This document shows positions 29,831-39,969 of a stretch of DNA of 64,000 nt, in pieces. The notes under the pieces were generated by a model. It did not search any database and was not told the origin of the DNA. It worked only from the letters and a program-made list of their open reading frames with translations. Within the stretch, counting starts at the first letter, position 1; each line of letters opens with the position of its first letter. The position numbers were made by a program, and so were the translations under genes. The stretch lies in the NCBI GenBank assembly GCA_964448395.1, contig CAYUWM010000001.1, forward strand, positions 21,997 through 85,996. The letters are read 5' to 3'. The DNA is from an uncultured Dehalococcoidales bacterium. GTDB taxonomy: Bacteria > Chloroflexota > Dehalococcoidia > E44-bin15.

Positions 29831-30301
29831 ATGCCACGGAAGGCGAAGACTACCAAAAGAGAGAGAAAAACCGATCCACGGTATCATTCCGATATAGTGG
29901 ACAGGTTAATTAACCGTATAATGAGCCGCGGCAAGAAAAGTACCGCGGAGCGCATCGTTTATCAAGCCCTCGATATCATTGCGAAGCAGACTAAAGAAAA
30001 CCCTGTGTCCACCCTTGAGCAGGCGGTCAAGAATGCCACGCCGCTACTTGAGGTAAAACCACGCCGTGTCGGTGGCGCAACATACCAGGTTCCCATTGAG
30101 GTTCGACCGAATCGGGGGCTGTCGCTTGCCATACGCTGGCTTATTAAGGCGTCGAAGTCCCGCGGCGGCAAGTCCATGGCGGAGAAGCTGGCGGGTGAGG
30201 TTCTGGATGCCGCCCAGCGGCAGGGAGCGACGATTAAAAAGAGAGAAGATACACATAAGATGGCGGAGGCAAATCGTGCCTTTGTTCACTATCGGTGGTG
30301 A
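29831..30301 (+). CDS. rpsG: 30S ribosomal protein S7
   Basis: MPRKAK..DPRY.. and [15 protein letters not shown] motifs. Confidence 0.97.
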   Translation: MPRKAKTTKRERKTDPRYHSDIVDRLINRIMSRGKKSTAERIVYQALDIIAKQTKENPVSTLEQAVKNATPLLEVKPRRVGGATYQVPIEVRPNRGLSLAIRWLIKASKSRGGKSMAEKLAGEVLDAAQRQGATIKKREDTHKMAEANRAFVHYRW

Positions 30302-30306
30302 GGAAG

Positions 30307-32388
30307 ATGTCCAGACAGTTCCCGTTAGAGAGAATAAGGAATATCGGCATTATCGCGCATATCGATGCAGGTAAAACAACGCTTACTGAGAGGATCCTGT
30401 ATTACACCGGCATAACCTACAAGCTGGGGGATGTGGATGATGGGACTGCGGTAATGGATTGGATGACCCAGGAAAAAGAGCGCGGTATTACTATTACCGC
30501 TGCTGCCACCACCTGCCACTGGCAGGATCATAAGATCAACATTATAGATACCCCGGGTCATGTGGATTTCACTGCCGAAGTCGAGAGGAGCCTTCGGGTG
30601 CTCGATGGAGGCATAGTGGTATTCGATGCGGTGGCCGGCGTACAGCCTCAGTCGGAGACCGTGTGGCGGCAGGCCGACCGCTACAAGGTCCCGCGGATCT
30701 GTCTGGTCAACAAGATGGATCGCACCGGGGCCGATTTCTTCCGCACCTTGAAAATGATCAGGGAACGGCTGGGTGCAACTGTGATACCGGTGCAACTGCC
30801 TCTGGGTGCAGAGGAGTCGTTTTCCGGGATAATAGATCTGGTTCATAAGCAGTTGCTAACCTTCTCCGGTGATCGGGGGGAAGAGCCTCAATGTGGCGAT
30901 ATCCCCGTCGAGTATGAGGAGATCGCGAGTCGATATCGTAATGAAATGATCGAAAAACTGGCCGAGTTTGATGATCAATTGATGATCCTCTATCTTGAAG
31001 GTGAAATCATCGATGCCGATGATATAAGCGGGGCTATCAGGCGAGCCACAATTGCGAATAAGGTGGTGCCGGCCCTCTGCGGGAGCGCGCTGCGCAATAA
31101 GGGGGTCCAGTCTGTGATGGATGCCGTTGTAGCTTATCTCCCCGCCCCATCCGATGTGCCCCCGGTGATAGGTATAGACCCCAGGGACGGCAAAGAGCTT
31201 CAGCGGTCTCCCAGCGATGGCAGCCCTTTTACCGCATTGGCCTTCAAGGTTGTCTCGGACCCTTTCATCGGCAGGTTAGTCTATATAAGGGTTTACTCCG
31301 GGACAGCTGAAGCCGGTGCTCAGGTATATAACTCAAGGAGCGAGCACAAGGAGAGGATCGGGCGTCTGCTGCAGATGCATGCCAACAGTCGTGAGGACAT
31401 AAAGCGGGTCGAGGCAGGTGATATTGCAGCCGCCATGGGTTTGAAGGATACCTTTACCGGCGATACACTGTGTCACCAGAACGCTAACATAGTGCTGGAG
31501 AGGATCCGGTTCCCGCTCCCCGTTTTGATGGTCACAATCGAGCCCAAGTCGCGGTCCGAACAGGATCGGCTCGATATCGCCTTGACCAAACTAGCCCAAG
31601 AGGACCCCACGTTCACCGCTCGTTACGATGAGGATACCGGTCAAACACTAATATCGGGCATGGGAGAGCTTCACCTCGATATTGTGGTGGAACGCCTGCT
31701 AAGCGAGTTCCAGGTGGAGGCACATGTAGGCAAGCCCCGTGTTGCCTACAAGGAAACTATCTCCAAGTCGGTCAAGGCCGAGGGGCGTTTTATCCGACAG
31801 AGTGGGGGCAGGGGGCAGTACGGCCATGTACTGCTCGAGTTGCACCCCGGCGAGCGGGGCTGCGGCTTCGAGTTCGTTAATGAAATCAAGGGTGGGACTA
31901 TTCCCAAAGGGTTCATTCCGCACATTGAGAGCGGGATCAGGGACGCGATGGAGGGTGGCGTTTTGGGAGGCTATCCCCTAGTAGATATTAAAGCTGTACT
32001 GTACGATGGAAGCTACCACGAGGTTGATTCCAGCGACATCGCTTTCAAGGCCGCTGGGGCCATAGCGCTGAGAGACGGTGCTAGGAAAGCCAGCCCTATC
32101 CTCCTCGAGCCTGTAATGAAAGTAGAGATCGTCACCCCTGAGGAATTCATGGGTGACATCCTGGGAGACCTCCACTCCAAACGGGGGCAGGTAACCAGTA
32201 TCGATAGCGAGAGGGACACCAAGATAGTGCACTGCTTGATCCCGCTGGCTGAGACCTTCGGCTATACTACCGATCTGAGGTCCATGAGCCAGGGGCGGGC
32301 CAGCTACACGATGGAGTTCTATCGCTATGAAGTGCTGCCCCCCGATCTGGCGGAGCAACTCATCATCAAAGTGGGAGGGCTGGCCTGA
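30307..32388 (+). CDS. fusA: elongation factor G
   Basis: [23 protein letters not shown] and NKMDR GTPase motifs. The ATG at 30307 ([12 protein letters not shown]) is preferred over 30295. Confidence 0.97.
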   Translation: MSRQFPLERIRNIGIIAHIDAGKTTLTERILYYTGITYKLGDVDDGTAVMDWMTQEKERGITITAAATTCHWQDHKINIIDTPGHVDFTAEVERSLRVLDGGIVVFDAVAGVQPQSETVWRQADRYKVPRICLVNKMDRTGADFFRTLKMIRERLGATVIPVQLPLGAEESFSGIIDLVHKQLLTFSGDRGEEPQCGDIPVEYEEIASRYRNEMIEKLAEFDDQLMILYLEGEIIDADDISGAIRRATIANKVVPALCGSALRNKGVQSVMDAVVAYLPAPSDVPPVIGIDPRDGKELQRSPSDGSPFTALAFKVVSDPFIGRLVYIRVYSGTAEAGAQVYNSRSEHKERIGRLLQMHANSREDIKRVEAGDIAAAMGLKDTFTGDTLCHQNANIVLERIRFPLPVLMVTIEPKSRSEQDRLDIALTKLAQEDPTFTARYDEDTGQTLISGMGELHLDIVVERLLSEFQVEAHVGKPRVAYKETISKSVKAEGRFIRQSGGRGQYGHVLLELHPGERGCGFEFVNEIKGGTIPKGFIPHIESGIRDAMEGGVLGGYPLVDIKAVLYDGSYHEVDSSDIAFKAAGAIALRDGARKASPILLEPVMKVEIVTPEEFMGDILGDLHSKRGQVTSIDSERDTKIVHCLIPLAETFGYTTDLRSMSQGRASYTMEFYRYEVLPPDLAEQLIIKVGGLA

Positions 32389-32696
32389 TGCCGAAGCAGA
32401 AGATCCGCATAAAACTCAAGGCCTTCGATCACCGCATACTGGATCAATCGGTTGAGCAGATCGTGGAGGCCGCCGAGCAAACCGGAGCCAAGGTAGTGGG
32501 GCCGGTACCCATGCCCACCCGGATAAAGAAGTTTTGCGTGATCCGCTCACCTCATGTGGATAAGGATTCCCGCGAGCAGTTCGAGATACGCACCCACAAA
32601 CGCCTTATCGATATACTGGATCCATCCTCAAAGACAATCGATACACTGACGCGGCTGGACCTGCCGGCGGGAGTGGACATTGAGATCAAGATTTAG
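32388..32696 (+). CDS. rpsJ: 30S ribosomal protein S10
   Basis: [17 protein letters not shown]...[19 protein letters not shown] overlap with fusA. Confidence 0.97.
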   Translation: MPKQKIRIKLKAFDHRILDQSVEQIVEAAEQTGAKVVGPVPMPTRIKKFCVIRSPHVDKDSREQFEIRTHKRLIDILDPSSKTIDTLTRLDLPAGVDIEIKI

Positions 32697-32716
32697 AGTT
32701 GAATATCGGTGACGCC

Positions 32717-33358
32717 ATGATAACGGGGATTATAGGAAGGAAACTCGGTATGACCCAGGTCTTCACTGAAGACCGGACGGTCGTGCCGGTTACCGCCATC
32801 GAGGCCGGCCCCTGTTTCGTGACCCAGATAAAGCGAGCAGCGGAGGATGGCTACAATGGCGTACAGCTGGGTTTCGGTGAGGCCAAGCGCCTTTCGTCAG
32901 CAGAGAAGGGTCACCTGAAGAAGCTGGGTATGCTCAAGCACCTGCGTGAATTCGAAGCCGATGATATCGATTCCGTCGCAGTAGGTCAAAAGATAGACGT
33001 GGGCATCTTCCAGCCTGGAGATCTGGTTAATGTAGCCGGCATATCTAAGGGCAAGGGATTCCAGGGTGGCGTCAAGCGGCACGGTTTCGCCGGCGGGCCC
33101 AAGACACACGGCCAGTCAGATCGCCATCGCGCACCAGGATCAGTAGGGGCAACATCCTCGCCGGGCAGGGTGTTCAAGGGACTCAGAATGGCGGGGCATA
33201 TGGGCAACCAAAATGTGACCATAAAGAAGCTCAGGGTGGTACAGGCGGATGCGGAACGCAACCTACTGCTGGTTCGCGGTGCGGTACCGGGGGCCAGAAA
33301 CGGCCTACTTAAAATAATGAAAGTAGCTAACCATGGGGGAAGCCCTGTCGAGGAGTAG
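32717..33358 (+). CDS. rplC: 50S ribosomal protein L3
   Basis: MITGIIGRKLGMTQVF N-terminus and GKGFQGGVKRH motif. Stop TAG at 33356-33358. Confidence 0.95.
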   Translation: MITGIIGRKLGMTQVFTEDRTVVPVTAIEAGPCFVTQIKRAAEDGYNGVQLGFGEAKRLSSAEKGHLKKLGMLKHLREFEADDIDSVAVGQKIDVGIFQPGDLVNVAGISKGKGFQGGVKRHGFAGGPKTHGQSDRHRAPGSVGATSSPGRVFKGLRMAGHMGNQNVTIKKLRVVQADAERNLLLVRGAVPGARNGLLKIMKVANHGGSPVEE

Positions 33359-33361
33359 ATA

Positions 33362-34561
33362 CTGTTTAAATTTGCGATATCCAGTGCCTTCAGGAGGAAG
33401 GGGATCGCTATATTTGCGATCTTCGGCACTTCCTTGGGTATAGCGCTAATGACCGTTTTACTGAGCATCTCCGCAGGCATGGATGACATGATGAACACTA
33501 TGATGACCGAGCTGGCAGGAGGGATTGGGATCTACCCTGCCGATAACCCCATGGCCTTCCTTACCGGTGGGGGTACACCATTCTCGGCCTCATATACATC
33601 CGATATCGAAGAAATTGACCACGTGGAGAGCGTTACCCCGATGGTCCTGTGGTTCATACCCACGCCTAGGGAGGGTGACCAGTTCGGCGCCGACTTCGGC
33701 GACCCCATGGGCGTCACTATAAGGGGGGTAGACTTTACGCAGGATGCCGAGCTGGACGGCCCCAGTGTTCACCTGACCGAGGGCAGCGCTCCAAAACCGG
33801 GTGAAAACCAGGTGATACTGGGAAACACGCTTGCCGCGTTTGCTCTTGCTGAGGGTGAGGAATTTGCCGACATCGGGGGAGAGTTCACTCTACTATCGGC
33901 AGAAAATCAACCGGTCACCTTCACCGTAGTGGGAATGTTTGAGACGGGAAGCAGCAGTATCGACTTTTACCCCTACACCGATATAGAGAGTGCAAGAGAG
34001 CTAGTCGGCATTGCCGGCGATGAGGTTAATTTTATTCACGTTGAAGTTGACACTACGGAGAACGTGGAGACGGTGAATGACGCTCTAATTGACCTGTTCG
34101 AGCGAGAGGGGGTTCCGGTACAGACAATGATCGCCACCGAACTTCTGGGATCCTTCAACGAGATGATGAGCACCATGAGCGGCTTCCTGTGGATCGTTTC
34201 GCTGGTGGCGGCGGTAGCCGGCGGCATCTCGATATTCATCGTCATGCTTATTTCAGTGATCGAACGTACCAAAGAGTTCGGCATACTGAAGGCTGCCGGC
34301 TGGTCCAATAACAATATCATCGGTTCGGTCATCGTGCAGTCTCTGGCGGTTGCTCTTCTGGGGGCGGCTGCAGGCCTGGGCTTCGGGTATTTAACGGGCC
34401 TCGGCATCGATCAATATCTAAATGTCAGCATAACCCTTATCACCTGGCAACTGGTACTTACAATAATAGGATTCGGGGTGCTGATGGGGGTAGTGGGAGG
34501 CCTTTACCCGGCACTCAGGGCGGCGCAGGTAAGCCCCATAGAGAGCATGAGGGCCGTATAG
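33362..34561 (+). CDS. MacB/FtsX-family ABC transporter permease (start codon uncertain)
   Basis: FtsX domain (ERTKEFGILKAAGW ... YPALRAAQVSPIESMR) and a ~200-aa extracytoplasmic domain. The family-typical N-terminus LFKFAISSAFRRKGIAIFAIFGTSLGIAL is encoded from 33362, upstream of the track's TTG at 33434. It begins right after the rplC stop, with only CTG/ATA as possible initiators. Confidence 0.8.
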   Translation: MFKFAISSAFRRKGIAIFAIFGTSLGIALMTVLLSISAGMDDMMNTMMTELAGGIGIYPADNPMAFLTGGGTPFSASYTSDIEEIDHVESVTPMVLWFIPTPREGDQFGADFGDPMGVTIRGVDFTQDAELDGPSVHLTEGSAPKPGENQVILGNTLAAFALAEGEEFADIGGEFTLLSAENQPVTFTVVGMFETGSSSIDFYPYTDIESARELVGIAGDEVNFIHVEVDTTENVETVNDALIDLFEREGVPVQTMIATELLGSFNEMMSTMSGFLWIVSLVAAVAGGISIFIVMLISVIERTKEFGILKAAGWSNNNIIGSVIVQSLAVALLGAAAGLGFGYLTGLGIDQYLNVSITLITWQLVLTIIGFGVLMGVVGGLYPALRAAQVSPIESMRAV

Positions 34562-35320
34562 GTGGCTGTTATGGAAGAACGCAGGACAAAGGCTGAACGT
34601 GGTGTAACAATATCCGATGCCAACTTCTGGCGCGATAACATCCTTGTCGTTCAAGATCTAACCAAGATATACGGCAAAGGCCCTACGGAAGTAGAAGCCC
34701 TCAAGAAGATAAACTTGAATGTGAAAAGAGGGGAGTTCATCGCCATACTGGGACCATCGGGGAGCGGCAAGACCACCTTCCTCAACATGCTGGGGGCTTT
34801 GGACCGGCCCACCAGCGGCCGCGTGGTTATCGATCGCATAGAGTCGAGCAGGGTTCCCGAGCGGCTGCTGTACCGGATACGGCGCGCCAAGCTCGGTTTT
34901 ATCTTCCAGACCTATTACCTGGTACCGACGCTGAATGCGTTACAGAATGTGCTCACCCCCGTATTGCCGGTAATAAATGGACGGCGGTATCATGGACGTG
35001 CCACCCGGTTGCTTCAGGTTGTAGGGCTCAAGAACCGTATGCATCATAAGCCGGGTGAACTCTCCGGCGGTGAGCAGCAGAGGGTAGCAATCGCCCGCGC
35101 CCTGATACTCAATCCAAAAGTGATCCTTGCCGATGAGCCTACCGGCAATCTGGATACCAGGACCAGTATGGAGATCATGGAATTGCTAAATCGCCTAAAC
35201 GTGAGGGGTGGAAAAACGTTGATTGTAGTTACTCATGACCGGCGCCTCGCCGAGAGTGCTGACAGGATACTGTACCTGATCGACGGGCAGTTGTTCGACG
35301 TCGCACCGGAGGGATTCTAA
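34562..35320 (+). CDS. ABC transporter ATP-binding protein (MacB/LolD-like)
   Basis: GPSGSGKTT Walker [16 protein letters not shown] signature, [11 protein letters not shown] Walker B. The GTG at 34562 abuts the permease stop; an alternative ATG is at 34571. Confidence 0.9.
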   Translation: MAVMEERRTKAERGVTISDANFWRDNILVVQDLTKIYGKGPTEVEALKKINLNVKRGEFIAILGPSGSGKTTFLNMLGALDRPTSGRVVIDRIESSRVPERLLYRIRRAKLGFIFQTYYLVPTLNALQNVLTPVLPVINGRRYHGRATRLLQVVGLKNRMHHKPGELSGGEQQRVAIARALILNPKVILADEPTGNLDTRTSMEIMELLNRLNVRGGKTLIVVTHDRRLAESADRILYLIDGQLFDVAPEGF

Positions 35321-35977
35321 ATGCCACAGTTTGCGGTTCATAATGTTCAGGGAGAGGTCGTCGGCAACGTGAAGCTGCGTGACGACATATTTGCGGTGCC
35401 GATGAATCACGCCGTGGTTCACCAGGCTCTGGTGAGGCAACTGGCAAACGCCCGCCAGGGGACCGCCAGCAGCAAGACGCGCGGGCAGGTCTCAGGAGGG
35501 GGAGCCAAACCTTTCCGACAGAAGGGAACGGGGAGGGCGAGACGGGGAAGCTCTCGATCACCGCTGCTTAAAGGTGGCGGCGTAATATTCGGGCCCCAGC
35601 CTCGGGATCACCGACAGGATATGCCGAAGAAGATGCGCCGCCTCGCCCTGAGGTGTGTTCTATCAGCGAAGGCAGCAGAGAACGAGATGATCGTGGTGGA
35701 TAAGCTGAAAATGAAGGGGCCGAAGACAAGCGAGATGGCCCAAATACTGGAGGCGCTGGGGGTAGACACTTCGGTAATCATCGTAACCGCCGAGCCGGAT
35801 ATCAATATATACAAGTCGGCACGCAACATAAGCCAGACGAAAACACTGCCGGCAAGCATGCTCAATATCGGTGATCTGCTATCCCACCGGAAAATCATCC
35901 TTGCCAAGAAGGCGATACGGGCGGTTGAAGAGATTGCAGCAGCGGAACCGAAGAATGCGGTGAAATCAGCTACTTAG
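35321..35977 (+). CDS. rplD: 50S ribosomal protein L4
   Basis: KTRGQVSGGGAKPFRQKGTGRARRGS motif. The ATG directly follows the ABC ATPase stop, and the SD GGAGGG (35308-35313) lies inside that gene. Confidence 0.97.
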   Translation: MPQFAVHNVQGEVVGNVKLRDDIFAVPMNHAVVHQALVRQLANARQGTASSKTRGQVSGGGAKPFRQKGTGRARRGSSRSPLLKGGGVIFGPQPRDHRQDMPKKMRRLALRCVLSAKAAENEMIVVDKLKMKGPKTSEMAQILEALGVDTSVIIVTAEPDINIYKSARNISQTKTLPASMLNIGDLLSHRKIILAKKAIRAVEEIAAAEPKNAVKSAT

Positions 35978-35999
35978 ACATGCGGAGAGCATAACGAAA

Positions 36000-36284
36000 A
36001 TGCAGACAATGGAAGTGCTACAGCGCCCGATAATCACAGAGAAGAGCACCGCTCTCCAGGAACGGGGTAAGTACATCTTTGAAGTAGCGGGGAACGCCAA
36101 CAAACATCAGGTAAGGCAAGCTGTAGAGCAGACCTTCAAAGTAGAGGTAATAAAAGTAAACATGATCACAGTCCATCCCAAGTGGCGTGGACCGGGCAGG
36201 AGACGTGGCCTGACCTCAGCCTCAAAAAAGGCGGTGGTAACGCTCAAGCCGGGCCAGAAGATAGAATTCTTTGAGGGGATCTAA
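36000..36284 (+). CDS. rplW: 50S ribosomal protein L23
   Basis: L-x-RPIITEKS..FEV pattern and operon position. Confidence 0.95.
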   Translation: MQTMEVLQRPIITEKSTALQERGKYIFEVAGNANKHQVRQAVEQTFKVEVIKVNMITVHPKWRGPGRRRGLTSASKKAVVTLKPGQKIEFFEGI

Positions 36285-36367
36285 AAAAGGGTTGATATTC
36301 TGTATTATGATTGACGATGAAAATGAAGGCATTTCAAATACATACCGTGAAGGGGAAGGTTTAGCAG

Positions 36368-37201
36368 ATGCCGCTTAAGGTGTATAAACCCACATCACCG
36401 GGGCGCAGGGGGATGACCGGCGCCACCTTTGATGAGATAACCAAGACGAAGCCGGAGAGGTCGCTGCTGAGGCCCCTTAAGAATAAGGCGGGGAGAAATA
36501 ACCAGGGGCGGATGACTGTTCGTCATCGCGGTGGTGGTGCTAAACGGTTATATCGCGTCATCGATTTCAAGCGCGACAAGCAGGATGTTCCCGGTGAGGT
36601 GATTGCCATAGAGTACGATCCGAACCGTTCGGCGCGTCTGGCGCTGTTACAGTACGCGGATGGAGAAAAACGCTACATCCTGGCGCCCGTCGGACTCAAG
36701 GTGGGCGCTAGCATCAATTCGGGCGATGGTGCCGAGATAAAACCGGGGAACACCTTGCAATTGAGGTCGATACCCACTGGCACTTCAATTCACAATATCG
36801 AGCTCCACCGAGGCAAGGGAGGGCAGCTGGCCAGGGGGGCAGGTGCTTCGGCACAGCTTATGGCAAAGGAAGGCAATTATGCCCTGGTGAGGATGCCTTC
36901 CAGCGAGATAAGGAAGATTCACCTCGAGTGCCAGGCCACAATCGGCCAGGTGGGAAATGTTGATCATCAGCACATCAAGCTGGGCAAGGCGGGGAGGAAG
37001 AGGCATCTCAGGATTCGACCTTCGGTGCGTGGATCGGCGATGACACCAAGGGATCATCCGCATGGAGGCGGCGAGGGCAAGTCTCCCATAGGGTTGCCCG
37101 GCCCCAAGACCCCGTGGGGCAAGCCGGCACTGGGATACATCACACGGAAAAATAAACGCACCGATAGCATGATAGTCAGGCGCAGGAAGTCAGGAAGATG
37201 A
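36368..37201 (+). CDS. rplB: 50S ribosomal protein L2
   Basis: [13 protein letters not shown]-x-GR-x-T-x-RHRGGG and [17 protein letters not shown] motifs. Confidence 0.97.
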   Translation: MPLKVYKPTSPGRRGMTGATFDEITKTKPERSLLRPLKNKAGRNNQGRMTVRHRGGGAKRLYRVIDFKRDKQDVPGEVIAIEYDPNRSARLALLQYADGEKRYILAPVGLKVGASINSGDGAEIKPGNTLQLRSIPTGTSIHNIELHRGKGGQLARGAGASAQLMAKEGNYALVRMPSSEIRKIHLECQATIGQVGNVDHQHIKLGKAGRKRHLRIRPSVRGSAMTPRDHPHGGGEGKSPIGLPGPKTPWGKPALGYITRKNKRTDSMIVRRRKSGR

Positions 37202-37213
37202 AGAGGTTAGACC

Positions 37214-37513
37214 ATGTCCAGATCTGCTAAGAAGGGGCCGTTTGTGGATCCCAAACTATTGCAAAAGGTGACAAGCCTGAACCAGTCAGGGGAGAAGGCG
37301 GTTATAAAAACATGGTCACGCGCATCAACCATAGTACCTGAAATGATCGGGCATACCATAGGTGTCCACGACGGCAGAAGGCATGTGCCCATTTTCCTCA
37401 CCGAAAACATGGTCGGGCACAAGCTGGGCGAATTCGCTTTCACCAGGACATTTAGAGGCCATTCCGCCAAGTCGGAAAGGGTAGCAACGATCAAGAAAAA
37501 GATGAAGAAGTAG
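37214..37513 (+). CDS. rpsS: 30S ribosomal protein S19
   Basis: [28 protein letters not shown] motifs. Confidence 0.97.
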   Translation: MSRSAKKGPFVDPKLLQKVTSLNQSGEKAVIKTWSRASTIVPEMIGHTIGVHDGRRHVPIFLTENMVGHKLGEFAFTRTFRGHSAKSERVATIKKKMKK

Positions 37514-37518
37514 CAATT

Positions 37519-37854
37519 ATGGAAGTAAAAGCCACCGCCAAGTATATCAGGACAACGCCGCGTAAGCTGAGGCCTTTCGCGGACCTGGTACGTGGCAAAA
37601 AAGTCGATGATGCACTGGCAGTGCTCAGGTTTATGCCTTCGCCATCAGCACGCACGGTAGCAAAGGTGGTGAAGTCGGCTGCCGCCAATGCGGAAAACAC
37701 CTATGAGATGACACCCGATGACCTGGTTATTACTGAAATATTCGTTGATGCAAGCAGAACCTTGAAACGTTTTCGTGCCGGGCCGAGGGGTCGTGTGAAA
37801 CCGATATTGAAACGATCCAGCCATATCACCGTAGTGGTCAAGGAGGAGGAATAA
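37519..37854 (+). CDS. rplV: 50S ribosomal protein L22
   Basis: A-x-x-x-YIR-x-x-PRK-x-R-x-x-ADLVRGK motif and operon position. Confidence 0.95.
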   Translation: MEVKATAKYIRTTPRKLRPFADLVRGKKVDDALAVLRFMPSPSARTVAKVVKSAAANAENTYEMTPDDLVITEIFVDASRTLKRFRAGPRGRVKPILKRSSHITVVVKEEE

Positions 37855-39048
37855 TTGGGGCATAAAGTTCATCCGATTGGTTTCAGGCTGGGTTTTGTTA
37901 AGGATTGGCAGGCGAAGTGGTATGCCGATAAGGCCTATACCGTTCTTATCCAAGAAGACCTGAGAATCAGAAAGGCTATAGAGTATAAATATGGCTTTGA
38001 TGATATATCACGGGTCGAAATCGAGCGCTCGGCTAATCAGGTGACGGTAGCGGTCTATACAGCCCGTCCAGGAATAGTAATCGGCAGGGGCGGTCAGCGG
38101 GTTGACGAGATGAGGCAAGTGCTGGAGAAGACAGCTGGAAAGCGGGTGCGCCTGAATATCCTCGAGGTTGCTCAACCAGAACTGGACGCTTACCTTGTTG
38201 CTAGGAGCATCGCTCAGCAGATGGAGCGGAGAATATCACACCGGCGCGCTATGAAGCAGGCAATCTCCCGGGCGATGGAGAGGGGGGCACAGGGGATCAA
38301 GATCACCTGCGCCGGCCGGCTTTCCGGATCGGAATATGCAAGGAGGGAGACACTGCATCAAGGAAGGGTGCCGCTTCATACCCTGCGAGCAGATATCGAT
38401 TACGCGCAGGCGGAGGCACATACTACGTTGGGGCGAACCGGGGTGAAGGTCTGGATTTACAAAGGCGATGTTATCTCTGAGGCAGAAAAGATGTTCATGG
38501 AGAGGTCACTGCTGACCCCCGTTGAGGAAGTGGCACCTGCCGAGATTGAACCTGATGTAACAGAGGTTGCCACACTCAAGGACAGTGCGGGTGATGCCGA
38601 GGCGGAGGTAAAGGAGACGGCGGAGGTAGTGAACCTTGAGAAAACAGCAGAGGAACGAGGAGCGGCAGAGGAGGAAAATAAAGCAACGGCAGAGGTAGAA
38701 ACCGAGGGCGAGGCGAAGGCAGAGACTGTGATCGCGGATGAGCCCAAGGCTAAAGTTAAGGCGAAAGCCAAGATAAAGAAAGAAGCTGCCACAACGGAGG
38801 AGCCGAAAGCTAAAGCCAGGTCTAAGGCAAAAGAAGGGGACAAGGCCGCGGCCAAGACGGCGGAGAAGACCGGAGCCCGATCTAAGACCAAGGCCAAGAA
38901 GGAAATCGAGCCGGCAGATAAGCCTGCAACCAAAACCAAGAGCAAGGCTGAGAAAAAGACCGACACCGGGATATCAGGTGATTCCGAGACGAAATCCAAG
39001 AAAAAGGCGAAGCCCAAAGAGCCGGCAGAACCACAAAATGCTGATTAA
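37855..39048 (+). CDS. rpsC: 30S ribosomal protein S3 with a ~175-aa low-complexity C-terminal extension
   Basis: [14 protein letters not shown]-terminus (TTG start), then KH and S3-C domains to about aa 215, then an acidic Glu/Ala-rich segment followed by a Lys/Ala-rich segment. 397 aa in total. Confidence 0.93.
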   Translation: MGHKVHPIGFRLGFVKDWQAKWYADKAYTVLIQEDLRIRKAIEYKYGFDDISRVEIERSANQVTVAVYTARPGIVIGRGGQRVDEMRQVLEKTAGKRVRLNILEVAQPELDAYLVARSIAQQMERRISHRRAMKQAISRAMERGAQGIKITCAGRLSGSEYARRETLHQGRVPLHTLRADIDYAQAEAHTTLGRTGVKVWIYKGDVISEAEKMFMERSLLTPVEEVAPAEIEPDVTEVATLKDSAGDAEAEVKETAEVVNLEKTAEERGAAEEENKATAEVETEGEAKAETVIADEPKAKVKAKAKIKKEAATTEEPKAKARSKAKEGDKAAAKTAEKTGARSKTKAKKEIEPADKPATKTKSKAEKKTDTGISGDSETKSKKKAKPKEPAEPQNAD

Positions 39049-39058
39049 GGTATAAAAC

Positions 39059-39493
39059 ATGTTACAGCCAAAGAGGGTTAAATATCGCAAACAACAGCGG
39101 GGACGCCGCCGGGGAGTAGCTCAGGCGGGCAATGCCATTAACTTTGGTGAATACGGGCTTCAGGCTCAGGGAGCCTGCTGGCTTACTGCGAGACAGATCG
39201 AAGCTGCAAGAAGGGCTATTATCCGCCACGTCAGGCGGGGGGGCAAGGTCTGGATACGGGTATTCCCCGACAAACCGGTAAGCGCTAAACCGGCTGAGAC
39301 CCGTATGGGCAGTGGGAAGGGTGCAGTGGACCACTGGGTCTGCGTTACCAAGCCGGGCAGAATACTGTTCGAGATCGCTGGGGTTAAGGAAGAGGCAGCC
39401 CGGGAGGCGATGCGTTTAGCTTCCCATAAGCTGCCCATCCCGACCAGGTTCGTGATCCGGGATGCCGAAACCGCGCACAGGGAGGGAGCGTAG
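39059..39493 (+). CDS. rplP: 50S ribosomal protein L16
   Basis: [17 protein letters not shown]-terminus and RMGSGKG motif. Confidence 0.97.
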   Translation: MLQPKRVKYRKQQRGRRRGVAQAGNAINFGEYGLQAQGACWLTARQIEAARRAIIRHVRRGGKVWIRVFPDKPVSAKPAETRMGSGKGAVDHWVCVTKPGRILFEIAGVKEEAAREAMRLASHKLPIPTRFVIRDAETAHREGA

Positions 39494-39494
39494 T

Positions 39495-39686
39495 TTGAAA
39501 GCGCAAGAATTGCGCACTTTCAGCCAGGAGGAATTGAAGGGGCAGTTGAACGACTCTTACAGAGAATTGCTCAATTTGAGGTTCCGCCTTGCAACCAAGC
39601 AGCTGGTGAATTACCATGAGATACGCAACGTAAAGAAACGAATTGCCAGGATTAAGACTGTCATCCGGGAGAGAGCTCAAGAGTGA
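39495..39686 (+). CDS. rpmC: 50S ribosomal protein L29
   Basis: MKAQELRTFSQEEL..LNLRFRLATKQL. The TTG at 39495 follows the L16 stop; the longer track ORF overlaps L16. Confidence 0.9.
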   Translation: MKAQELRTFSQEELKGQLNDSYRELLNLRFRLATKQLVNYHEIRNVKKRIARIKTVIRERAQE

Positions 39687-39699
39687 GGAGTGAAGTTCG

Positions 39700-39969
39700 T
39701 TGGTAGCTGATGCTGATAAGAAGCAGAAGATAAAGCAGGGGCGCGTGGTCAGCGACAAGATGGATAAAACTGTAGTCGTTGCAGTCCAGTATTACCGATC
39801 CCATCCGCTGTACCGGAAAAAGGTGAAACGGATCAGGCGGTTCAAGGCTCACGATGAGAGCAACTCCTGCCGGATGGGAGATGTGGTGCGGATTGTAGAG
39901 ACCCGACCCCTTTCCAGAGAGAAGCGGTGGAGGGTTGAAGAAATTGTGGCTAGAAGCGAGCTGGAATGA
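39700..39969 (+). CDS. rpsQ: 30S ribosomal protein S17
   Basis: [25 protein letters not shown] motifs. Confidence 0.95.
   Translation: MVADADKKQKIKQGRVVSDKMDKTVVVAVQYYRSHPLYRKKVKRIRRFKAHDESNSCRMGDVVRIVETRPLSREKRWRVEEIVARSELE

Noticed and set aside
33356-33364. TAG as a recoded (pyrrolysine-type) or read-through codon giving an L3-permease fusion protein
   Set aside because: A soluble ribosomal protein fused to a polytopic permease is biologically implausible. Nothing in the window indicates Pyl machinery, and GAGGAG is correctly placed for reinitiation. I kept this only as a minor alternative within the start-codon finding.
36307-36378. 23-codon ORF ([23 protein letters not shown]) in the rplW-rplB spacer, overlapping the rplB start
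   Set aside because: It has no Shine-Dalgarno site and no recognisable peptide family. It is most simply an intergenic spacer or an internal promoter region.
38457-39017. 186-aa Ala/Ser/Phe-rich ORF on the - strand
   Set aside because: It is antisense to the low-complexity S3 tail and is a compositional artefact.
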